Counted from the first letter of the stretch, positions 36,580-46,619 are shown. The stretch: DNA of 64,000 bases from Limisphaerales bacterium (GCA_046290825.1 JBKBTZ010000005.1:6873-70872); one strand, 5' to 3'. Notes: generated from the letters alone by a model not told the origin. Numbers and translations: made by a program.

Positions 36580-38211
36580 ATGTCTTCGAGCTTGCGCGCC
36601 GAATCCTGGAGTTCGCGCTTCGGCGTCATCATGGCGGTGGCGGGCAGCGCCGTCGGCCTCGGCAACTTCCTGCGGTTTCCCGGGCTGGCCGCGCAATACG
36701 GCAGCGGCTCGTTCATGATCGCCTACTTCCTTTCGCTGCTGATCCTCGGGATTCCGATCTGCTGGGCGGAATGGACGCTGGGCCGTTACGCCGGGCAGCG
36801 CGGATTCCACTCCAGCCCGGGGATTTTCTACGCGCTCATCCGGCATCCCGCCGGCAAATACATCGGGGTCATCGGTGTCATCGTGCCGGTGATGATCTAC
36901 ATGTATTACGTGTTCATCGAGGCGTGGTGCCTGGGCTATGCGTGGTTTTCGCTGACCGGCAAACTCAACCTCGGCCATGAAGTGGGGCAATACGCGGACT
37001 TTTGGGCGCGGTTCGTGGGCGCGACGGAGGACGGCCTCGGGCTGGGGGGCGGACGCAATGGCGTGCTGATCTTTCTGATCCTCGTGTTCGGGCTGAATTT
37101 CCTCATCATCTACCGCGGGCTGGCCAAGGGCATCGAGGTGTTCTGCAAATGGGGCATGCCGACGCTGATTCTCCTCGCCATCGTCGTGCTGGTGCGCGTG
37201 TTGACCCTCGGCACGCCGGACCCGGCCAAACCCGACCAGAACGTTCTCAACGGCCTGGGCTTCATGTGGAATCCCGTGAAAGCCGATGGCACCGGGATGC
37301 TCGCACAACTGGCCAATCCGCAGCTCTGGCTGGCCGCCGCCGGGCAGGTGTTCTTCTCCCTGTCGGTCGGCTTTGGCGTCATCATCACCTACGCGAGCTA
37401 CCTGACGAACCAGGACGACGTGGTGTTGAGCGGGCTGACCGCGAGCAGCGCGAACGAGTTTTGCGAGGTGGGGCTGGGCGGCATGATCACGGTGCCGGCG
37501 GCGTTCATGTTCCTCGGCGCGGCGGGGGTCATCGGCCAGGGCACGTTTGGCCTCGGGTTCAAGGTGTTGCCGCTGGTGTTCGCCAACATGCCGCTGCCGT
37601 GGCTGTTCGGCGCGGCGTGGTTCTTCCTGCTCTTCCTCGCCGCCGTGACGAGTTCGCTCTCGATGCTGCAACCGGGCATTGCGTTCCTCGAGGAGGGGCT
37701 GGGCCTGAAACGGAAACAATCCGTGGCGCTGCTCGGCCTGTTGACCGCGCTGGGCTGCCTGTTCGTGGTGTATTTCAGCAAGGACTTGAAGGCGCTGGAC
37801 ACGATTGATTTCTGGGTGGGCACGCTGCTGTTGTTCGTGCTGGCGACGATCCTGATCATCATCTTCGGCTGGGTGATGGGCGTGGAGCGCGGCTGGCGGG
37901 AGGCGCACAAGGGGGCGGCCCTGCGGATTCCCAACTTCTTCAAGTTCATCGTCAAATACGTCTGCCCGGTGTATTTGCTGACCATTTTCGGCTTTTGGGT
38001 GCGGTTCAATGTCTTCGCCACCAATCCGGAAACGGGGCGGCTGGAGCCGGCCGGTTACGTCAAGGACCTCGTGGGAGCACACGCCAGCCCGGTGGCGCAG
38101 ATGAGCGTCGCCCTGATCGTGGTGTGCGTGGTGTTCTTCTGCATCCTCACGGCGGCGGCGGGCCGGCGCTGGGACCGGGCCGCGGAACAGGAAAAGGAGC
38201 GTGCGTCATGA
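36580..38211 (+). CDS. NSS (SNF) family sodium-dependent transporter
   Basis: GSAVGLGNFLRFP, AAGQVFFSLSVGFG, AAVTSSLSM, multiple TM helices. Confidence 0.95.
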   Translation: MSSSLRAESWSSRFGVIMAVAGSAVGLGNFLRFPGLAAQYGSGSFMIAYFLSLLILGIPICWAEWTLGRYAGQRGFHSSPGIFYALIRHPAGKYIGVIGVIVPVMIYMYYVFIEAWCLGYAWFSLTGKLNLGHEVGQYADFWARFVGATEDGLGLGGGRNGVLIFLILVFGLNFLIIYRGLAKGIEVFCKWGMPTLILLAIVVLVRVLTLGTPDPAKPDQNVLNGLGFMWNPVKADGTGMLAQLANPQLWLAAAGQVFFSLSVGFGVIITYASYLTNQDDVVLSGLTASSANEFCEVGLGGMITVPAAFMFLGAAGVIGQGTFGLGFKVLPLVFANMPLPWLFGAAWFFLLFLAAVTSSLSMLQPGIAFLEEGLGLKRKQSVALLGLLTALGCLFVVYFSKDLKALDTIDFWVGTLLLFVLATILIIIFGWVMGVERGWREAHKGAALRIPNFFKFIVKYVCPVYLLTIFGFWVRFNVFATNPETGRLEPAGYVKDLVGAHASPVAQMSVALIVVCVVFFCILTAAAGRRWDRAAEQEKERAS

Positions 38212-38354
38212 CTCTGGGCGGCTGGATCACCATGATATTGTCCGTGGGTTTCGTCACCACGCTGTTCGGCTGGTGCATTGTGCGGGTGCTTACCCACAAG
38301 CCTGAGCACCTGCACGGCATTGAGGACATTGACACGCGCGACCGGGAGGACTGA
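38208..38354 (+). CDS. Putative NSS transporter small subunit (MetS-like, 48 aa)
   Basis: MTLGGWITMILSVGFVTTLFGWCIVRVL single TM; ATGA overlap with transporter stop. Confidence 0.7.
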   Translation: MTLGGWITMILSVGFVTTLFGWCIVRVLTHKPEHLHGIEDIDTRDRED

Positions 38355-38403
38355 GGCGGCTTCCCTCCGGAATCGCCCGGTCTCCTGCGGGGGAATCAAC
38401 CCA

Positions 38404-39036
38404 ATGACGCCGACACCCTTCCCGCCCGCCAGACGGCCCCTTGCCAGCCCGCCGGGAACGTGCGATGGCTGGCGCGTGCCCTGGCTGCCTTTCATCGCTG
38501 CCCTGACCGTGCTGCTGGCAACCGCCGTCCCGGCGGCCACCAATGCGCCTGTGCCGCCGGAGCGCAGCCCCACCTTCACCCTGCGCGATCAGTTCGACCG
38601 GCAACACGAATTCAAGTTCCCCCGCGCCAAACCCGCCGTGCTCGCGGTGGCGGACAAGAAAGGCGCCGAGGACATCGAAGGCTGGGCCGCGCCACTGGCC
38701 GAGCGGTTCGGCGACCGGATTGACATTCCCGGGCTGGCGGATGTTTCCGCCGCGCCCCGCCCGCTGCGCGGACTGGTGCAGGCGCGGTTCAAGAAGGCCA
38801 TCACGCATCCGGTCATGCTCGACTGGGAAGGGGATACGGCGCGGGCGTTCCACTACACGAAGGGCCGCGCCAACCTCTATTTGATCGCACCGGACGGGCG
38901 GGTGCTGCATCACCTCGCCGGCAAGGCGGACGCGGAACAACTGCGCGATCTCACCCAGCGCATTGAAACGCTGCTTGCCGCCGCCGCCCGGCCCGCTGCG
39001 CAAAGCTCCGTTGCCGCGCCCGCGGCCCCCCGGTAG
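38404..39036 (+). CDS. Exported thioredoxin-like fold protein without CxxC
   Basis: PTFTLRDQFDR, VMLDWEG, LYLIAPDGRVL; hydrophobic N-region; start uncertain. Confidence 0.65.
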   Translation: MTPTPFPPARRPLASPPGTCDGWRVPWLPFIAALTVLLATAVPAATNAPVPPERSPTFTLRDQFDRQHEFKFPRAKPAVLAVADKKGAEDIEGWAAPLAERFGDRIDIPGLADVSAAPRPLRGLVQARFKKAITHPVMLDWEGDTARAFHYTKGRANLYLIAPDGRVLHHLAGKADAEQLRDLTQRIETLLAAAARPAAQSSVAAPAAPR

Positions 39037-39045
39037 CATCGGCGC

Positions 39046-39873
39046 GTGACCAATCTGCCGCCCGCCAGTCCGCCGCCCCCTTGGGGCGCGTTTCTTTTGC
39101 GCGGGGTTTCCGTGAAGTGGGTGGGCCTGCTCCACCGGTTGCCGCCCGGCAAACGCTGGCGGCGCATCGCCCTGTGGCTGCGCAGCCCGCTGAAACGCTG
39201 GCTGCCGCCCGTGGTGGACGCGCGGGTGTGGAATCTCAAGCTCCGGCTGCACGCGCGCGGCAACCTTTCCGAGCAGCGCCTGTTGCTCATGCCCCAATAC
39301 CTCGACACCCTTGAACGCGACTTTCTCGCCCGCGAACTCGCTGCCGGCGGCTGCTTCCTCGACATCGGCGCGAACATCGGCGCGTATTCGCTGTGGGTTG
39401 CCTCGCAATGCCCGCAGGCCCGCATCGAGGCCTTCGAGCCGGATGCCGAACTGTGTGCGCGGCTGCAATTCAACCTGGCCACCAACCGGCTGGACCACGT
39501 CCACCTGCACCGGGTTGCCCTCGGCGACCACGAGGGCGAGGTCCGCCTCCAAAGCGGCGCGGGCAACAAGGGCGAGAACCGCGTCACCGAAAGCGGCGAC
39601 GGCGTGGCGGTGCCGATGACCACGCTGCCCGCGTTCCTCGAACGCGCGGGCATCCCCCGGATTGACGCGCTCAAGATTGATGTCGAGGGGCACGAAATCC
39701 CCGTCCTGCGCCCGCTGTTCGAGCGGACGCCGCCCGCGCTGCATCCCCGCCTGTTGATCTGCGAACTGGCCCCGCAACCGCAGGCCGACCTGATGCAACT
39801 GCTCACCACCCACGGCTATGAGCTGGTGGCGCGGGGCCGCATGAACGGCATCTTCCGCCTGGCCCGGGCATGA
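39046..39873 (+). CDS. FkbM family methyltransferase
   Basis: FLDIGANIG, AFEP, LKIDVEGHE. Confidence 0.92.
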   Translation: MTNLPPASPPPPWGAFLLRGVSVKWVGLLHRLPPGKRWRRIALWLRSPLKRWLPPVVDARVWNLKLRLHARGNLSEQRLLLMPQYLDTLERDFLARELAAGGCFLDIGANIGAYSLWVASQCPQARIEAFEPDAELCARLQFNLATNRLDHVHLHRVALGDHEGEVRLQSGAGNKGENRVTESGDGVAVPMTTLPAFLERAGIPRIDALKIDVEGHEIPVLRPLFERTPPALHPRLLICELAPQPQADLMQLLTTHGYELVARGRMNGIFRLARA

Positions 39874-40955
39874 GTGACGCGCCGCGCATCCGGGTCAAGT
39901 TCCTCGGCAAAGCCATCGGGCCGGACAATGTCCCGCACTGGCTGGCCCGGTTCCCGGGCGCCGTGCCGCGCCTCGGCGAATGCGAGTTCACGCTTGATCG
40001 GCAAGACCGCTGCTACGACTGGCTGGTGGTATATGACGACCTGCCGCCCCGCGCGGGCGAGCGGCGGACGTTGTGGGAGGAGCGGCTGGCCTGCCCCCGC
40101 GCTCACACGTTGCTCCTCACCACCGAACCGTCGTCCATCAAAGCCTACGAGCCGGCCTACACCGCGCAATTCGGCTGGGTGCTGACCAGCCAGGAACCGT
40201 GGGCGCTGCGCCACCCCCACCGCATCCACTGCCAGCCGGGCCTCGTCTGGTATTACGGCGCGACCGGTCATGGCAACGCCGCCATCAGCGAGCGCGGCAG
40301 TTACGACCACATCGTGGCGAACGTGCCGCGCGCCAAGACAAAAGACATTTCCACGGTGTGCTCATCCAAGGCGATGAAGCACACGCTGCACGCCGCGCGG
40401 AATGAATTCGTCCGACGGCTGCAAACTGTGCTGCCCGGGCTTGAGGTCTTCGGCCACGGCGTGCGTTACGCGGCGGACAAGGCGGACACGCTCGACCCCT
40501 ACCGCTATCACATCGCCATCGAGAACCACGTCTGCCCGCATCACTGGACGGAGAAGCTGGGCGACCCGTTCCTCGGCGTGTGCCTGCCGCTCTATCACGG
40601 CTGCCCGAACTACGCCGACTACTTCCCCGCCGAAAGCGTGCTGCCGATCAACATCCACAATTTCGAGGCTTCCTTGGAAATCATCCGCCGCGCCATCCGC
40701 GACCACGAATACGAGCAACGTCTCCCCGCCATCCTCGAAAGCCGCCGCTTGTATCTGGACCGTTACGCGCTGTTTCCGCAGCTTGCGCGGTTGATTGCCG
40801 AGCGGCACACGCCGGGCGCGGCGGCGGGGAACGCCACGATTTGCAGCCGGCACCTGCTGCGGCGGCGGTCGCCGTGGCACGCGCTGGGGGCGGGCTGGGC
40901 GCGGTTGCGCGTCGGCTGGCTCAACCGGCGGCATTACCCGCGGCGCGCCGGTTGA
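39870..40955 (+). CDS. GT10 (fucosyltransferase-like) glycosyltransferase
   Basis: TTEPSS, YRYHIAIEN, WTEKLGD, PLYHG. Confidence 0.8.
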   Translation: MSDAPRIRVKFLGKAIGPDNVPHWLARFPGAVPRLGECEFTLDRQDRCYDWLVVYDDLPPRAGERRTLWEERLACPRAHTLLLTTEPSSIKAYEPAYTAQFGWVLTSQEPWALRHPHRIHCQPGLVWYYGATGHGNAAISERGSYDHIVANVPRAKTKDISTVCSSKAMKHTLHAARNEFVRRLQTVLPGLEVFGHGVRYAADKADTLDPYRYHIAIENHVCPHHWTEKLGDPFLGVCLPLYHGCPNYADYFPAESVLPINIHNFEASLEIIRRAIRDHEYEQRLPAILESRRLYLDRYALFPQLARLIAERHTPGAAAGNATICSRHLLRRRSPWHALGAGWARLRVGWLNRRHYPRRAG

Positions 40956-41012
40956 CCGGTTCATGGACATTTCCGGCTCCGGCTGCTAAACCGCCCGCGC
41001 CCACGGCAAACC

Positions 41013-41804
41013 ATGACCCTCACCGACCGGCTCCGCATCAACCTCGCCGCCTTCCGCGCCTGTGTTCGCAACTGGCGCGGGCGCAAACATGAGCCAGAAG
41101 CGCCGCTGCACGCGCTGCTCCTTCAACCCGACGATCTCTGCCTGCACATCGGCGCGACCGATGGCAGGCACAGTTATCTCATGGCGCAGGCGCTTACCGG
41201 GCGGGGCCACATTTATGCGTTCGAGCCGTCGCCCCTGACTTTTCCCATCCTCCAACGCACCATCGCGTGGCACGGGTTGCGGAACAAAGTGACCATCGCC
41301 CAAAAGGCGTTCAGTGACCGCCCGCAACGGCTCACCCTCAACGTGCCGCTCAAACGCGCGGGCCACCGGGGCAACGCCTTTGGTTTCGTCACGCCCGCGG
41401 GACAGAAGGCGGCGGGGCGGACCGATGTGGCGCTCGCCGGCGGCGGCGGCATGCTGCATTTCGAGGTCGAAGCCACCACCATTGACGCGGTCGCCGCCAC
41501 GATTGGCCGCGTGGATTTCATCCGCATGGACATCGAGGGCAGCGAACAGCTCGCGCTGGCGGGCGGCTGGCCCGCCATTGAGAAATGGCGGCCGCACCTG
41601 GTCATCGAAATCCATCCGGTCCTACTGCGCGAGCAGTTTGGCGGCAGTGCGCAGGCCATTTACAACCGGTTCCGCGAACTGGGTTACGGCATCTATCATC
41701 TCGACGGCGAACGGCTGATCGCTTCGCCCAACCTCGAGATCGTGCCGTGGAAGGATTACTTTTTCGTCTCCCCGGCGCGACCGCACCGGCTGCCGGTCAA
41801 GTGA
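41013..41804 (+). CDS. FkbM family methyltransferase
   Basis: LHIGATDG, YAFEP, IRMDIEGSE, IEIH. Confidence 0.85.
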   Translation: MTLTDRLRINLAAFRACVRNWRGRKHEPEAPLHALLLQPDDLCLHIGATDGRHSYLMAQALTGRGHIYAFEPSPLTFPILQRTIAWHGLRNKVTIAQKAFSDRPQRLTLNVPLKRAGHRGNAFGFVTPAGQKAAGRTDVALAGGGGMLHFEVEATTIDAVAATIGRVDFIRMDIEGSEQLALAGGWPAIEKWRPHLVIEIHPVLLREQFGGSAQAIYNRFRELGYGIYHLDGERLIASPNLEIVPWKDYFFVSPARPHRLPVK

Positions 41805-41826
41805 ACCGCCGCCGTTCCCGGCCCTT

Positions 41827-42774
41827 TCATTCCCGCCTCAGCGAGCCAGCCGGGAGAACCGCCTCGACCTCCGCCCAAACGCGCTCGACCGCGAGGTTGC
41901 GCAACTCCGCCTCCTGCACGCAGCGAACCGCCGGCCCGCGCGGCGCGGAGGTCACCGGGTCTGACGCCTGCGAAAACAGGGCAACCGTCGGCGCGCCTGC
42001 CGCCGCCAGCAAATGCACCGGCCCGGTGTCGTTCCCGACCGCGGCCACTGCGCGCCGCGCCAGGGCGGCCAGTTGACCGAAGGAGGTGAGTCCCAGCAGA
42101 TTGACCAGCCCCGGCACTCGGGCGGCAATCACCTGCGCGGCCCCCGCCTCCGCTTCCGTGCCGATGAGCACCGGCGCAATCCCGGCGGCTTGAAAGTGCC
42201 TGGCCAGTTCGGCGAAGTGCTCCGCCGGCCAGCGTTTCTCCGGTCGGTGCGGCGAACAACCCGGCACCAGCACCGCGAACCTTTCGGGCAGCCCGAACCC
42301 GTCGAGCGGACCGTCCAGCCATTCGAGGGGCGCTCGCCCGGCGGGCTGGACTCCGGCGAGGGCGACGAGCTGGAACAGCCGCTCGGTGGCGTGCCGGCGT
42401 TGCGGACGCAACGGCGGCCCCTGATGCGAACAGCCGCGCACGGTGCCGACCCACTCGGGTTTGGGCCGGCCCAGCATCTGAAAATAACGTCCCGTGCGCT
42501 CGTTCGATTGCAGGTCATAGACCCGGTCAAAGCGTCCCTCCCGCAACCGGCGGCGCAGCGCCAGCCACTGGCCGACCTGCCACCACTTCGGGCCGGCGTC
42601 CGTCCACACCTCCTGGAACCACGGCATCTGGCCCGCCAGCGCGGCGTAGGCGGGCCGGGTCAGGAAGGTGAAGTGCGCCTCGGGATGATGCCGCCGGATG
42701 GCATGGAACACATCGAGCGCCAGCAGAATGTCGCCCAGCGCGCCCAGCTTGATGACGAGAATGCGCTCCGGCAT
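41827..42774 (-). CDS. GT9 family (ADP-heptose:LPS heptosyltransferase-like)
   Basis: ILVIKLGALGD, YDLQ, KRWP, GNDTGPVHL. Confidence 0.92.
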   Translation of the reverse strand: MPERILVIKLGALGDILLALDVFHAIRRHHPEAHFTFLTRPAYAALAGQMPWFQEVWTDAGPKWWQVGQWLALRRRLREGRFDRVYDLQSNERTGRYFQMLGRPKPEWVGTVRGCSHQGPPLRPQRRHATERLFQLVALAGVQPAGRAPLEWLDGPLDGFGLPERFAVLVPGCSPHRPEKRWPAEHFAELARHFQAAGIAPVLIGTEAEAGAAQVIAARVPGLVNLLGLTSFGQLAALARRAVAAVGNDTGPVHLLAAAGAPTVALFSQASDPVTSAPRGPAVRCVQEAELRNLAVERVWAEVEAVLPAGSLRRE

Positions 42775-42780
42775 GGCGGT

Positions 42781-44058
42781 TCAGGCGCGGAAATACTTCC
42801 TGGGCCGGCGCGCCGGGGGGACGGCGTTTCGCGTGTCCACCAGCGGCATCGGGTAACCGGAGAAGTCGAATTGCTTGTAAGCGTCGTGGCCGGTGGAGAG
42901 GAGCAGCAGATCGTAGTCGGGCGTGATGGCGGGGACGGACTTGCGGCCCGCGTATTCGGCATGCTCGCGCGTCTTCGGAATCACCGGCACAAACGGGTCG
43001 TGATATTCGACCCTGGCGCCGAGGGCTTCGAGTTTCTGGATGAGCTTGTAGCTCGGCGATTCGCGGTCGTCGTCCACGTTGGCCTTGTAGGCGAGGCCGA
43101 GGATGAGGATGCGCGCGCCCTTCACAGATTTGCCCTCCTGGTTCAGCGCCTCGAACGCCACGCGCACCACGTGGTCGGGCATGGCGGTGTTGATTTCACC
43201 GGCCAGCTCGATGAAGCGCGTGTGCTGTCCGAACTGCCGCGCCTTCCACGTCAGATAGAACGGGTCAATCGGGATGCAATGTCCGCCGAGGCCGGGGCCG
43301 GGATAGAAGGGCATGAAACCAAACGGCTTGGTCTTCGCGGCTTCGATGACCTCCCAGATGTCTATCCCCATCGCGCCGTAGACGAGCTTGAGTTCGTTGA
43401 CGAGGGCGATGTTGACGGAGCGGAAAATGTTTTCGAGCAGCTTGGTCGCCTCGGCAGCGCGGCAGGAACTCACGGGGACGAGCTTTTGGATCGCCAGCCC
43501 GTAAAGCTCCATCGCCTTCGCCAGGCAGGCGGGCGTGTAGCCGCCCACGACTTTCGGAATGCTGGCCACCTTGCTGTCGGGGTTGCCCGGGTCCTCGCGC
43601 TCGGGAGAAAACGCGAGGTGAAAATCCGCGCCCGCCTTGAGGCCGGAACCGGCTTCCAGCACCTCGCGCAATTCGCCATCGGTGGTGCCGGGGTAGGTGG
43701 TGGATTCGAGCACGACGAGCACGCCCCGCCGCAGATGCGGCGCAAGCTGGCGGCCCGTGTTGAGCACATAGCTGAGGTCCGGTTCGCGGTATTCGTTGAG
43801 CGGCGTGGGAACGCAGAGGATGACGGCGTCCACGGACTGGACGCGGGCGAATTCGGACGACGCCTCGAGCTGACCGTTCTGACGCGCGGCGGCCACGGCG
43901 GCGGCGGGAACGTGTTTGATGTAAGACTGGCCGGCGTTGAGCGCCTCGATCTTGCGCGGGTCAATGTCCAGGCCCAGCACGCGGGCGCCGGAGCGGGCGA
44001 ATTGCAGCGCGAGCGGCAGGCCGACGTAACCGAGACCGACGATGGCGATGGACTTCAT
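42781..44058 (-). CDS. UDP-N-acetyl-hexosamine 6-dehydrogenase (WbpA/WecC family)
   Basis: GLGYVGLP, CVPTP, ESTTYPGTT, PGPGLGGHCIPIDP, YKANVDDDRESP. Confidence 0.93.
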   Translation of the reverse strand: MKSIAIVGLGYVGLPLALQFARSGARVLGLDIDPRKIEALNAGQSYIKHVPAAAVAAARQNGQLEASSEFARVQSVDAVILCVPTPLNEYREPDLSYVLNTGRQLAPHLRRGVLVVLESTTYPGTTDGELREVLEAGSGLKAGADFHLAFSPEREDPGNPDSKVASIPKVVGGYTPACLAKAMELYGLAIQKLVPVSSCRAAEATKLLENIFRSVNIALVNELKLVYGAMGIDIWEVIEAAKTKPFGFMPFYPGPGLGGHCIPIDPFYLTWKARQFGQHTRFIELAGEINTAMPDHVVRVAFEALNQEGKSVKGARILILGLAYKANVDDDRESPSYKLIQKLEALGARVEYHDPFVPVIPKTREHAEYAGRKSVPAITPDYDLLLLSTGHDAYKQFDFSGYPMPLVDTRNAVPPARRPRKYFRA

Positions 44059-44123
44059 GATGCGCGGAACGGAGAGCAGTTAAGCAGGAACCGGCGGGAA
44101 AGAACATCAAACAATGCGGGACG

Positions 44124-44151
44124 AGTGACTCGTGATGCGTGATGCGTAACC
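44124..44151. repeat. 7-bp array (CGTGATG-like)
   Basis: agtgact cgtgatg cgtgatg cgtaacc. Confidence 0.7.
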
Positions 44152-44198
44152 CTGAGCGGCAGCCGAAGCCGGGACGCGCCTCCTCGTCCAAGGCCGGT

Positions 44199-44879
44199 TC
44201 AGTAAGCGAACTCGAACACCCCCTCGGCGACTGGATGAAATCGTTTCCAGTGGCGGCCATCGGGCATCTGGGAATCCTTTCGGGTGGGCTGGTAGTGGGC
44301 TGCTGCTCCACACACCACGCGGAAACCGTAACTGGCGGAGGAGTGTCGCCCGCCAAAAATGGTCAAATCCACCAGCTCTACCGGCGGCCCGTTGGTGACG
44401 AACCGCGAAGGCACGTAATGGATGCGATGGGGGCGCAGCGGCTCCAGTTCAGCGGGCAGGCCAAAAATGCGGAAGGTCTCCCAATCGGCGCTCCAGTTGG
44501 TGTTCCACCAGCCGGGTTCCCGCCGATACACCAGACCGTTCGTGCTCTTTTTCGGCCAAGCCAGTTCCAGGCCCTCGGGGTGCTCAGTCGCCAGCCGCTC
44601 GCACTCTCTCCGCAGCGCCTCCCAGCCGCCGACGCGTTCGACGCGGGCAAGCGCCTCCGCCCGCCATTCCCGCCGCAGGAAAAACCGATGCACGGTCTGA
44701 CCGGGGTCCATCGCCACCAGAAAGCCCGCCAGCCCCACCACCGCCCAGACCCAATGCACCACGGGATGCCGCTGCATCTGGTCTCGAACCTTGCGGGAAA
44801 CCGGTGCCGCCACGAGCCGGACGAGAAACAGAAAACCGGCCGCTGCTGCGATCAAGATGATCGGAAAATACGCGCGCAT
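44199..44879 (-). CDS. Hypothetical membrane protein (2 N-terminal TM segments)
   Basis: 226-aa ORF co-oriented with the operon; no recognised family. Confidence 0.6.
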   Translation of the reverse strand: MRAYFPIILIAAAAGFLFLVRLVAAPVSRKVRDQMQRHPVVHWVWAVVGLAGFLVAMDPGQTVHRFFLRREWRAEALARVERVGGWEALRRECERLATEHPEGLELAWPKKSTNGLVYRREPGWWNTNWSADWETFRIFGLPAELEPLRPHRIHYVPSRFVTNGPPVELVDLTIFGGRHSSASYGFRVVCGAAAHYQPTRKDSQMPDGRHWKRFHPVAEGVFEFAY

Positions 44880-45065
44880 GGATCCACTCCAGCATCTCAG
44901 CCGGAACGCCCAACCAACCGCTTCCGAAGCTGTTGAAACACTGCTCCCCGCCCGCCCACCCGTCCAGAGGAATGTTCAACGACGAGGTCCACCGGGCGCA
45001 GCCCAGTTCCTTCCCGGGCGAAAAACGATTGGGACGAAGGCAGTCTTCCGCTTCTCGAACCGTAT

Positions 45066-45175
45066 GGCAGGGCGCGTCACTCCGGGCGCGCCGTCGCGGG
45101 CTGGGGATGAACTGAGGCCGCTTGCGGCACGCAAAGAACTCCGATGAATCGCGAGCGGGCTGCACGCCCTACCTG
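45066..45175. repeat. Inverted pair of GTAG-type REP-like sequences
   Basis: GGCAGGGCGCGTCACTCCGGGCGCGCC ... GCACGCCCTACC (reverse complement GGTAGGGCGTGC). Confidence 0.55.
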
Positions 45176-45241
45176 CCGACAGGTTCGCGAGGGACGCATC
45201 CAGCATCCGAAAAAGTGAGATGTGCTCGTGCGGCGGCTCCG

Positions 45242-46231
45242 TCACCCGTTTGCCGCCGTGCGGCGGATGATTTCGTCGAGCGGCGTGGCGGGCGTGAAGC
45301 CGGTGACGCGCGACAGCTTGGCCACGGCCGGGCGGCGGCGGCGCATGTCCTCGAAGCCCGGCGCATACGCCTCGTGATACGGCACCAACTCGATGGTGGA
45401 ACGCGAGCCGAGCAGCGCAATCACCCGTCGGGCCAGCTCGAGGATGGTGACTTCCTCGGTCCCGCCGACATTGAAAACCTCGCCTCGCGCGGCGGGCGTG
45501 GCCGCCAGCCGGACGAGTGCCTCGACGGTGTCCTGCACGAAACCGAAGCAGCGGGTTTGCTGGCCGTCGCCATAGACGCGGAGCGGTTCGTTCCGGCGCG
45601 CGGCGGCGATGAAGCGCGGCAGCACCATGCCGTAGCGCCCCGTCTGGCGCGGGCCGACGGTGTTGAACAGCCGCGCGATGACCACGGGAAGGCCGCGTTC
45701 CTGCGCGAAGGCGAGTGCGAGAAATTCGTCCATCAGTTTCGAGCAGGCGTAGCTCCAGCGCGAATGGGTGGGCGGGCCGATGAGCAGGTCGTCCTCCTCG
45801 GCGAACTCGGCCTTGGCGCTCTTGCCATACACCTCGGAGGTCGAAGCCAGCACCACGGGCGTGCGCCGCACGGCGGCGGCCTCGAGCAGCGCCTGCGTTT
45901 CGCCGAGGTTGGTCTCGATGACGCGGATTGGCTCGCGCACGACCAGTTCCACGCCCACGGCGGCGGCGAGATGAAACACCTGGTCCGCGCCCGCCACGAG
46001 TTCGCCCAGTTCCGCGCAGCCGGACACGGTGCTTTCGATGAACCGCAATCCCGGATGCACGGCCACGGCTGCCAGGTTCTCGCGCCGGCCGGTCGAGAGG
46101 TCGTCAATCACCGTGACGCGGTGCCCGTCGGCCAGCAGCCGCTCGACCAGATGCGAGCCGATAAACCCGGCGCCGCCCGTTACAACACAGCGCGAAGATG
46201 GAGGAAGGAGGATGGAGGATGGGGCTGACAT
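45242..46231 (-). CDS. NAD-dependent nucleotide-sugar epimerase/dehydratase
   Basis: VTGGAGFIGSH, HLAAAVG, STSEVYG, YACSK, FNTVGPRQ. Confidence 0.93.
   Translation of the reverse strand: MSAPSSILLPPSSRCVVTGGAGFIGSHLVERLLADGHRVTVIDDLSTGRRENLAAVAVHPGLRFIESTVSGCAELGELVAGADQVFHLAAAVGVELVVREPIRVIETNLGETQALLEAAAVRRTPVVLASTSEVYGKSAKAEFAEEDDLLIGPPTHSRWSYACSKLMDEFLALAFAQERGLPVVIARLFNTVGPRQTGRYGMVLPRFIAAARRNEPLRVYGDGQQTRCFGFVQDTVEALVRLAATPAARGEVFNVGGTEEVTILELARRVIALLGSRSTIELVPYHEAYAPGFEDMRRRRPAVAKLSRVTGFTPATPLDEIIRRTAANG
46194..46224. repeat. 7-bp array (GGATGGA-like), downstream arm of the four-helix-bundle cassette
   Basis: gaagatggaggaaggaggatggaggatgggg; lies in the epimerase 5' end (SAPSSILLPPSS). 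Confidence 0.8.
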
Positions 46232-46235
46232 CGCG

Positions 46236-46619
46236 TCAACGGTCGGGCCGGCAAAAAGTGTCCGCGCGGTCAATCATCTTGTTCAAGGCCGCGCCGATGG
46301 ATTGCCAGGCGGCGTCCATTTCGCGGTGTTGCTGGGCGGTGATGTATCCGCAATCGAGCGCATCATCCAGCCAGGACTGGGTTTCGGTGGCTTCCCCCAG
46401 GGCGTCCGTCACCTTGCTGATGAACGAAGCGGGATAACGTCGGTGCGCCCAGGCCTCGGCAACCAGCGATTTGACGGCCCGGGACGAACGCCGAATCTGG
46501 TCGGTCAGCGAATACCGCTCCTCGACGGGAAATGTGCGTGTCACGCGGAACACCTTGAGGGCCTCCGCCCGCGCCTGCTCGTAAACGCGCAGATCTCGAA
46601 AGCTACGAATGATCGCCAT
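46236..46619 (-). CDS. Four-helix-bundle protein (23S rRNA IVS protein / bAvd-like family)
   Basis: SFRDLRVY, FPVEERYSLTDQIRRSSRAV, AEAW, GEATETQSWL, CGYI. Confidence 0.92.
   Translation of the reverse strand: MAIIRSFRDLRVYEQARAEALKVFRVTRTFPVEERYSLTDQIRRSSRAVKSLVAEAWAHRRYPASFISKVTDALGEATETQSWLDDALDCGYITAQQHREMDAAWQSIGAALNKMIDRADTFCRPDR

Noticed and set aside
44140-44930. Possible integron cassette (GTTGGGC before the ATG at 44879; AAC...GTT segment after the stop)
   Set aside because: No convincing paired R/L boxes for an attC and no integrase in the window; kept only as a heptamer-flanked cassette.
46236-46619. Diversity-generating retroelement suggested by the bAvd-like gene
   Set aside because: No reverse transcriptase and no TR/VR repeat pair seen in the window.
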